From positions 15,439,103-15,503,102 of the forward strand of contig CM119268.1 in the NCBI GenBank assembly GCA_051294375.1: a DNA stretch of 64,000 bases, read 5' to 3'. Made by a program: the position numbers and the translations under genes. Origin of the DNA: Paraspadella gotoi. Its lineage: Eukaryota > Animalia > Chaetognatha. A model generated the notes under the pieces. It was given only the letters and a program-made list of their open reading frames with translations, did not search any database and had not been told where the DNA came from. Shown here in pieces: positions 54,758 to 64,000 of the stretch. The first letter of the stretch is position 1; each line of letters starts with the position of its first letter.

Positions 54758-55466
54758 TTCTCATTTACCAATTCTCGATAATCCCCCAAACCTCCTCTTC
54801 TCCTATTCTCTCTCAATCCCTCCCTTCTCATAGAAAGTCGTCCAAGTTGCTTAACCTGCATTTTCGGATCACAATTGTGACGACGCCCACGACGACGATG
54901 ACGACGAGGCCAAACATAACGTTTCGCTGACGTCACGCCTTCCTTCGTTCGGTTTGGCGCTATGCCAACCGCAACGTCACCCGATTACGTCACGGCGTCG
55001 CCTTAACTCGCCGGTCTTGAGTAAGTCGAGGTTTGACAACGACGACGACGACGACGACGACGACAACCGAGACGTTTGACGGCATTGTAGACGCGATCGG
55101 GTGGATTAGGAGAGAGAAAGGGAGATTTACAAATGGAGATTGAGATGTGGGTGCGAGTCGCAGAAAATCGGGAGAAAGTTGTGATGGGACAATCATTTCT
55201 TCTTTTTTTTTCCACTCCACTATGTAACATTTCTACAGTTTGTCTCCATTTATACTACCACTCTTGCAATTTTTATCACGACAGTGGGCGCAACGTCTGC
55301 TTCAAATGACTCAAAATCGGAGACCGAAGTCGGTTGTGAAAAGGAAGAGGAATCCAAGTTCCTTTGCCAACTCAGATTCCCGATAACAGAAACAGACAAA
55401 GTGGAGAATGAGAAAATGTTTGAACGAAAGCGTGCGGAGAGAGAGAGAGAGAGAGAGAGAGAAGAA

Positions 55467-55554
<88 letters not shown>

Positions 55555-58500
55555 CGAAGTAGAAGAGAGAGAGAGAGAAAGAAAAGAAAAAAGAAAGAGG
55601 AGAGAAGAGAGACAGAGGAGAGAGCCGTCAAGTTTATTTTTCAAATCGAATTAGTACCATGACCAAGCACCTAAGTCACTGTAAAACCGTAGACTCTCGC
55701 ACTGAAAATATATAAGACGAAATGACGATTACTAACGCCCACAGTTTGGACGATGACGACGACAAAATGGCCGACAGCGACGTTATAACGACCAAAAACG
55801 ACGAAGCAATAGCCAATAACGAAGACGTCGAAAGCGGAGACGATGACGACGACGACGATAACGACGACAACGAAGATAAAGAAGAGGACATGAACGAAGG
55901 CAGAAGGCATAAACAAGTTTGGCCATGAAAGGACACCGAAACGGAGGCCCGACCGCCGCCTGTCCGAATATGTCAGGTGATGGTGGAACTTGTGCTCATT
56001 TTTATCTTCTTTATGTCATGGAGTTTTTTTTTTCTATCCAAATGTTGATTAAATTAGAATTTGTGTTAGAAAATAAACAAGAAAAAAAAATTTATATATT
56101 ATATTTTGAGCTGTGATGTTATTTTTTTTAAATTTTTAACAATTAAATTTACATCTATTTCATATTTCCACGAAAGTAAAAATCGCGATGAATAATTTTC
56201 TTTTTCTCCTCAACTATTTTTTACATTATAAATATCATTTTTTTCACTATTTATTTTTTTCGCAATTGTATAATCCAAAGACCACCTTCCTCTGGTGTTT
56301 AGTCCTTTAAACGGTCAGACACTTATTCTCATGTTTTGGTTTGGGACGTCGGCGGTGTCGGCGGCGGCGGCAGCGGCGGCGGCGACGGCGCCGGCGGCAC
56401 AGAGCCGCAAAAACCGGCAACGACGGCAATGGTTGCCAGAAAACAAGAGGATCCATAACGTCTCCCTCGGCTTCGGCTCAACCGATCCCTCGACGGCAGA
56501 AAGATTCGACAGCGGCAACGTTTATGATTTCAAATGTTTATTTGGGTTTTTGTTTGTTAGCTTTTTGGAGCAAACTATACAGAAGTTTGAGTTTTTTTAA
56601 TTTTAAGACACCGTTATGAACGCTAAATTTGCGTCAGCTAATTCTTTAATTTTAATCTTAAAATCAATAATCCACCGAAAAAAAAAGTTTTTTCTTGACT
56701 CAAGTGTAAACGATCGTTGCTCTTTTCTCTTCGCGGGAAATGAGAAGTGACAAAAGAACCTCGAATGTCTAAAAAAGACCCGAACTTCAATAACAACGAC
56801 GACAACAGACACGGAAAGACCGTCGCAACCGATGTACAATATTTCTCGCCCTTTCTCCCACGTCTTCGCGCTGTTTTGGCTTCTCCAAGATTTCCCTCAT
56901 AAATTTATTCCTTCGTTTTGACGGCGGGCTTGACCGAGGACGACGACGACGAAGACGACGACGACGAGGACGAAAAACCGACGAAGCGTCGCCATCTGTC
57001 ATTTCCGAGAAATGTCGGCCGATTTCGGGTCGAGATGAAGGGCAAGGGCGGCGAGGGGAAGTGAGGCGGTGTTGGGGGGTGAGGAAAGCGAGGATTGGCT
57101 TTGGGCCGATCGAGAGGAAGGATTGGGTGAGGTTAAAGATATGGCGTTAGGTGTTTGGGGTCAGAACTTTGGGGTTAAGAGGAAGGATGTGAATTGAAGC
57201 GAAGACGGTATAGTGGCCTCTTCAGAAAAGACGCTAGACAATGTAGCAATGATGTTCAAAATATCACTGCGATCATAACAAATAACCCGGCGGTCCTAAG
57301 GCAAATCACGTCGACCGACTACAAAGAATCGTTAGTAAGTCGCTATATTTTTTATATTGGAATGTTTTCAGCGTCGCCTTGTTGAAGCAGAAAATGAGCG
57401 GCGTCGCTGGGCGTCGGTTTTTGGCGCCAGACGGAGACGTCGATGAAAAGTGCTGACGACGCCGAGCGCTTGNNNNNNNNNNNNNNNNNNNNNNNNNNNN
57501 NNNNNNNNNNNNNNNNNNNNNNNNNNNNNNNNNNNNNNNNNNNNNNNNNNNNNNNNNNNNNNNNNNNNNNNNNNNNNNNNNNNNNNNNNNNNNNNNNNNN
57601 NNNNNNNNNNNNNNNNNNNNNNNNNNNNNNNNNNNNNNNNNNNNNNNNNNNNNNNNNNNNNNNNNNNNNNNNNNNNNNNNNNNNNNNNNNNNNNNNNNNN
57701 NNNNNNNNNNNNNNNNNNNNNNNNNNNNNNNNNNNNNNNNNNNNNNNNNNNNNNNNNNNNNNNNNNNNNNNNNNNNNNNNNNNNNNNNNNNNNNNCCTCA
57801 GTCATAAGAATGATAATTGACATAATTGCTATGTAAAACTCTTCCCATTCTCAGCCGCAGCCACTTGCTTCTGTTTTTCTCCGAAGCGGATAGGCGGGGC
57901 NNNNNNNNNNNNNNNNNNNNNNNNNNNNNNNNNNNNNNNNNNNNNNNNNNNNNNNNNNNNNNNNNNNNNNNNNNNNNNNNNNNNNNNNNNNNNNNNNNNN
58001 NNNNNNNNNNNNNNNNNNNNNNNNNNNNNNNNNNNNNNNNNNNNNNNNNNNNNNNNNNNNNNNNNNNNNNNNNNNNNNNNNNNNNNNNNNNNNNNNNNNN
58101 NNNNNNNNNNNNNNNNNNNNNNNNNNNNNNNNNNNNNNNNNNNNNNNNNNNNNNNNNNNNNNNNNNNNNNNNNNNNNNNNNNNNNNNNNNACTTTGGTCG
58201 GTCGGTCTGTCTGTCGGTCTGGCATTTACGTAATGTATAAATAATAAGTATAAAGTATATATATAACGTATAATTTCCCACAAGATATACGATTTATAAT
58301 TTTTTAAGGTTTTATACTGTGGCGGTATATTCATACCGCCTCAGTAGTCACTTTATCACGTACATATGCGGCTACCATTACGTGATCAAAGAGTGCATTC
58401 GTGCTAAGAGAGATTTAATAAGAACTCACTTTGCGAAACGCCTCGAATTCTCCGGTTTTTTGTTCCCTCGTCTTTTTCGTTCCACTGTCCCTTCTTCCAC

Positions 58501-58599
58501 CCTCTCATCTCCCCTTTTCAATTCCTTACCCTCTCTCCTCTTTCCGATATTTCTTTCCGAGTTTGATTAACGCGTTTCTAACGACGACCTCACCCGCTT

Positions 58600-58945
58600 G
58601 TCACGTTATCCAGATCACGTGACTCTTGCCGCCGAGAAATTAGAACCGCCCAAAGCGAATCAATTTGGCGACGCTTTTTGTTCAATGAATAATCGAGAAA
58701 CTTAACTTTTCTGAACACAAAGCTCCGCAAGGAAGGGATTGGCGACCGATTGATGGATCGATTCATTGGCAAAACGTTGCCTTGCACCCAGTATTTAATC
58801 TGCTGACAGGTCAGGCGAACCACAGTTCCCCGACATTGCGAATTACAACGGGTTCGGTTGTTCTCGTGATCTTTCTACTCGTCGTCCTCCTATTGGTCGC
58901 CTCTCGTCGTCCAATGACGAACGTTCGAAGCAGAAACCAATTACT
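58600..58945. promoter_or_regulatory. E-box plus multiple CCAAT boxes (NF-Y-type promoter-like island)
   Basis: TCACGTGAC at 58615. ATTGG/CCAAT at ~58738, 58765, 58893, 58911 and 58937. Confidence 0.45.
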
Positions 58946-58979
58946 GGTCACTGCGTCCCTGATTTGTTGACTGCGGCCT

Positions 58980-59127
58980 CCGCCTTTACCGGCTTGGGCT
59001 TTTGTCTTTTCCGCCTTTTCCGCCTTTTCCTTTTCCTTTTCCTTTTCCTTTTCCTTTTCCTTTTCCTTTTCCTTTTCCTTTTCCGCCTTTTCCGCCTTTA
59101 CCGGCTTGGGCTTTTGTCTTTTCCGCC
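58980..59127. repeat. 36-bp direct repeat flanking a symmetric (TTTTCC)n array
   Basis: CCGCCTTTACCGGCTTGGGCTTTTGTCTTTTCCGCC at 58980-59015 and 59092-59127. Confidence 0.9.
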
Positions 59128-61671
59128 AGACTGCGCCTATCGCCCGCCCGTTCGACTCCAGTCTTTTTTTTTTCTATTCCCATCTCCGGTTCCTTACCCT
59201 CAACCTTCACCTTACTTTTTCCTCTTTCATTGGCCTCTTTCTTTTCGTCCGGACAATTTCCTCCTTTCGCACAGACTCGATTACATTTTCGTAGAATTCG
59301 TAGAAATTAAGAATATTAATACGATACAATTCTTTTCGTTTAAATTTCCACGTTTTTACCTCTAACGCTGCAAACCCATTTTCCTTCGGTTCATGCCCCC
59401 TAGCCCCTACCACAATGAACCTGACCTTAATGCACTAGTCAAAAATTATTAACACAAAATACATGAAGGCAAATTTCGTAGCTTAAATAGAAAATGGAAA
59501 GAGTAAAACCTGAGGAAGAATCGCTTCTTCTTCCTCCTTCGAAGACGCTTGGGTGGGAAACTTCCCTTCCACCATTGTCCTCCCACCTCTCCCCCCCTCC
59601 CACCTCAACCATCCCACTTCNNNNNNNNNNNNNNNNNNNNNNNNNNNNNNNNNNNNNNNNNNNNNNNNNNNNNNNNNNNNNNNNNNNNNNNNNNNNNNNN
59701 NNNNNNNNNNNNNNNNNNNNNNNNNNNNNNNNNNNNNNNNNNNNNNNNNNNNNNNNNNNNNNNNNNNNNNNNNNNNNNNNNNNNNNNNNNNNNNNNNNNN
59801 NNNNNNNNNNNNNNNNNNNNNNNNNNNNNNNNNNNNNNNNNNNNNNNNNNNNNNNNNNNNNNNNNNNNNNNNNNNNNNNNNNNNNNNNNNNNNNNNNNNN
59901 NNNNNNNNNNNNNNNNNNNNNNNNNNNNNNNNNNNNNNNNNNNNNNNNNNNNNNNNNNNNNNNNNNNNNNNNNNNNNNNNNNNNNNNNNNNNNNNNNNNN
60001 NNNNNNNNNNNNNNNNNNNNNNNNNNNNNNNNNNNNNNNNNNNNNNNNNNNNNNNNNNNNNNNNNNNNNNNNNNNNNNNNNNNNNNNNNNNNNNNNNNNN
60101 NNNNNNNNNNNNNNNNNNNNNNNNNNNNNNNNNNNNNNNNNNNNNNNNNNNNNNNNNNAAAGTCTCATGCAATGAACTTTCCAATTTATTTTGGATATAT
60201 TTTAATCATCTCTCATAATGTTAATATTATTTTGATAAAATTTTGATAATATATGTATTCCCTGAAGTAGTGCCCTTTTTTATATGTAGTATGCATTCCC
60301 TGTTCTCGCATTTTGTGCATAGTTGAATTACATTGTCCTCAAGACTGAAGTTATGAGCAATATGTATACTATTACTATTACTGTATATATCTATATTCTT
60401 AGTGAATTTTGTCGTCCACCTCACTAATAAGCTTCTCCGACTGAGTGACATCGGGAATGAAATTAAACAGTTCATAATGAAAAAAAGCATTATCTTTACT
60501 AAAACTAAAGAATACAAAAAGGAAACGAAACCATATAATCCCCGGCCTCTCTCTTCAGTGTCATCGCCCCTTGTTTCTTTCTCGACCTTTTCCCCTCTTT
60601 TTGTCTCTTGGCGAGAAAAAAAAAGTTCGGTTCCCTTCGGAAGCGATTTTTCAAAATTAATCGTCTTTTGACGACAGAACCGAATCATCGAGGAACCGCG
60701 TCGCCGGGTCAGGACGGGTGAGGAGAGGGTGAGTTCGAACGCCGCCGCGGCGGGGAAAGCGCGCANNNNNNNNNNNNNNNNNNNNNNNNNNNNNNNNNNN
60801 NNNNNNNNNNNNNNNNNNNNNNNNNNNNNNNNNNNNNNNNNNNNNNNNNNNNNNNNNNNNNNNNNNNNNNNNNNNNNNNNNNNNNNNNNNNNNNNNNNNN
60901 NNNNNNNNNNNNNNNNNNNNNNNNNNNNNNNNNNNNNNNNNNNNNNNNNNNNNNNNNNNNNNNNNNNNNNNNNNNNNNNNNNNNNNNNNNNNNNNNNNNN
61001 NNNNNNNNNNNNNNNNNNNNNNNNNNNNNNNNNNNNNNNNNNNNNNNNNNNNNNNNNNNNNNNNNNNNNNNNNNNNNNNNNNNNNNNNNNNNNNNNNNNN
61101 NNNNNNNNNNNNNNNNNNNNNNNNNNNNNNNNNNNNNNNNNNNNNNNNNNNNNNNNNNNNNNNNNNNNNNNNNNNNNNNNNNNNNNNNNNNNNNNNNNNN
61201 NNNNNNNNNNNNNNNNNNNNNNNNNNNNNNNNNNNNNNNNNNNNNNNNNNNNNNNNNNNNNNNNNNNNNNNNNNNNNNNNNNNNNNNNNNNNNGGGGTGG
61301 ATGAGTGGGCGAGGGGGGGCGGAGGGGTGAAGGAAAGGGGTGATAGAAAGCAAGCAAAGGAAGACATACATAGGATTATGGAAGCATGGAATCGATCCGA
61401 CAAAGATTGAAGTCGGCGGGACATCGGAAGTAGGAAGGTTCATTCGCTTCGTATCAACTTGGTCAGGGCGACTGAAGACATGAGAGAAAATATGTCTATA
61501 TTTAAGGGGTGATGGTCGATAGGGGGGGGGGAAAGAAGTGAGGAAATGAGTGGAAGGGCGAAGGGGACGAGAGGAGCTCCCGGCCGCCCATTTCTCGGAA
61601 TTTCCTTCCCTCAATTTTCGAGGGCCAAATCCCCGAGCCTGCATCCATCCCTCATGGTTCATACCAAACAA

Positions 61672-61743
<72 letters not shown>

Positions 61744-63227
61744 TGGCACCCGAGGGGCAAACTGGACTCGTCTACCAATTACATCCCCAACCAGAACGAT
61801 TCCATAATCACCTGGCCGATTTTCGAGACGACGACGAGGAAGAGGAAGGAAGACGACGACGACGAGGACGACGACGACAACGACGACGAAGACGTTCGTC
61901 TTCCGCGTCTCCACTCGTTTTTCATGATCCAATCAATCATTGGCTTTTTATTTCTTCGTGCGGAAGAGAGAGGGAGAGAGGAAAGAGAAAGAGAGAGGGC
62001 GCGGATGGGGAGAAAGTGCTGGGGGGAAAACAAAAGACAAAGTGTGAATGAGTACAGAAATGAAAAAAGCCGATGTGTTAATCTTATTTTTAATTTTGTA
62101 AGACAACAACTCGATCTAAAAACTTTGCTTGGAAAAGTATGAGTTACATATGCATGCCCGATACCCATTGCCAGCCACACCCCTTCCCATTTCCTGTAAA
62201 CAACCACATCCCAGACCCATTCCCAATATTCTACCTATATCTAATCAACATATTTGCTTATAAAATATACATATATACATAAAGATTATCCGCATCTACA
62301 ACTCTATCCGCCGACCATCCACCCCATCCACAAACCTCCACCCCTTCAATCCATCCCCCCAACATAACCCCCTCCACCCCTTCCCTCAACCACCACCCCA
62401 TCCCGCAACCACCACCCCATCCACCCCAACCACCACCCCACCACCCCATCCTCCCCAATCGTCGCAGCGGAAACAATTTTTTTGGTCGAACGAATCAGGA
62501 TTTACCTGAACCGTGAAAAGACGCCGTCCAGCGAAGTAGGACTGAAATCGACGGAAAACGGAGAAGCTTTTAGATCTGAGGACGATTTTTAACCTTTCAA
62601 ACGTTTAATTTTGGTCTTTTTTTCTGTAGTAGGGAATTTTCTTACGTACATATTGTCAGTTCGACGGACAACGACAAGAGGGAGGGTCCAATGTTGAGCT
62701 CTGGTCAAATAAAATTTAATGCAAAGGTCATTTCTTTGAAAAACATTAATTTGACCGTAAAGCTTCGAAATGGCCATTGAAGTCGACCCGCTCTCGTCCC
62801 AGACCCTCGATAAGACTGACTAGCTACATCCCTCGCCCTTGTCACCCCTTGTCTCCTGAACCGCAACTCGCTACTTCCTTAAACATGATCCGTCTCTCGC
62901 GCGTCTCTTACCTCAGTCCTCACCAACGAAATTCGTCCAAAGACCAAAAATCCTCTGAGAGTCAATCATCAATCTAAGGAGTCGAGGGAAGGTGGCGCTC
63001 GTCGTCGTCGTCGTCGTCGTTATCATTCTTGCTAACCTAATGAATATTAAGTATTCTTTATCTATGCAGTTATCACGTGATGAGTGATCAATACGAAATG
63101 TAATATCGATGGAACCTTAGAATCCTTAGGGATTCTTAACAACATTTCAATTAAAATCTTACCGAAATGAGGGCCTCTTCAATGTTGACCCTTCTTTAGT
63201 CTTTCTGGCTCTCTGTGTCTCCCTTTT

Positions 63228-63356
<129 letters not shown>

Positions 63357-64000
63357 CCACCCCACTTTTCCTTCCGATCACGACTCTTCCCGCGTTGCCA
63401 TCGGGCTTCCAGACGGGCGACCCTCGTTTCGGCAAGAAAGAAAAAAAAAGATCTAATTCCTTTTGTCCAGATTCTGGACGTGGAATCGTTTGCGGGTCGC
63501 GCGCGAGGTCTCCACATTCAGCGAGGATCCTCGACCATTGAGGACGAGATTGATGACGAGAAAGGCGAGGGATGACGAGGACGACGATAACGACGAAGGA
63601 CCGAGAGAAGAGGGACAACACAGATGTGGATTACGACGACGACGACGACGAAAAAAAGCGTCAATGTCTGAAAACTGAGAAAAGTAAATCTATTTTCAAG
63701 ATTTTTTTTTTGAAATGACGACAACGGCGCGAAATTTCTCCAATTTGGCAAAGACGACGTAGATGACGACAAAGACCATAATGTCCGGAGAATCTCATTT
63801 CGATCCACCGAGGACGCCTCGACGCAACCTTCACCCCGTCCACCAGCTCCACCTCCCCCCCCCACAGCCTACCAAAGTTCCTCTGGTTCCTCCTTCAATG
63901 TGGCCCAAGATAATTCAGGCGCCACTTATCAGCTCCACAAATCACTCCTCCTCTTAACGACCACCGGGGTGGGAGAGAGGGAGAGAGAGAGAGAGAGAGG

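Noticed and set aside
54950-54980. miR-31-like string GTTGGCATAGC on the minus strand
   Set aside because: The seed region does not match and no hairpin is evident.
60227-60540. GIY-YIG or zinc-finger fragment (HNFSLEDNV..CTKCENREC)
   Set aside because: The resemblance is too weak and no catalytic motif is visible.

Overview
Gappy, partly unpolished animal genomic scaffold. It has short AT-rich GT-AG introns, abundant (GA/CT)n and (GAC)n microsatellites and many N gaps. Best-supported genes: a spliced, divergent PRD-class Q50 homeobox gene (minus, ~0.3-1.9 kb), a two-exon orphan membrane-protein gene (minus, 11.2-11.9 kb), and a degenerate spliced Cys/His + AT-hook + truncated OTU-protease gene (plus, 14.8-17.5 kb, probably transposon-derived). 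Non-coding features include a Penelope-type minimal hammerhead ribozyme (21.6 kb, copy at 28.8 kb), a tRNA-derived SINE-like head and several minisatellites. Much of 2-35 kb is duplicated with indel-rich copies (a triplicated block, a 7.2-7.6 kb tandem duplication, a 0.5 kb fold-back), most likely assembly or read artefacts. The gene-poor remainder appears built from recurring strand-symmetric modules: pyrimidine flank, CpG core, purine flank, AT valley. The cores are enriched in TCACGTGA E-boxes, RFX X-boxes, CRE, YY1 and CCAAT motifs. Most supplied ORFs are microsatellite or gap artefacts.
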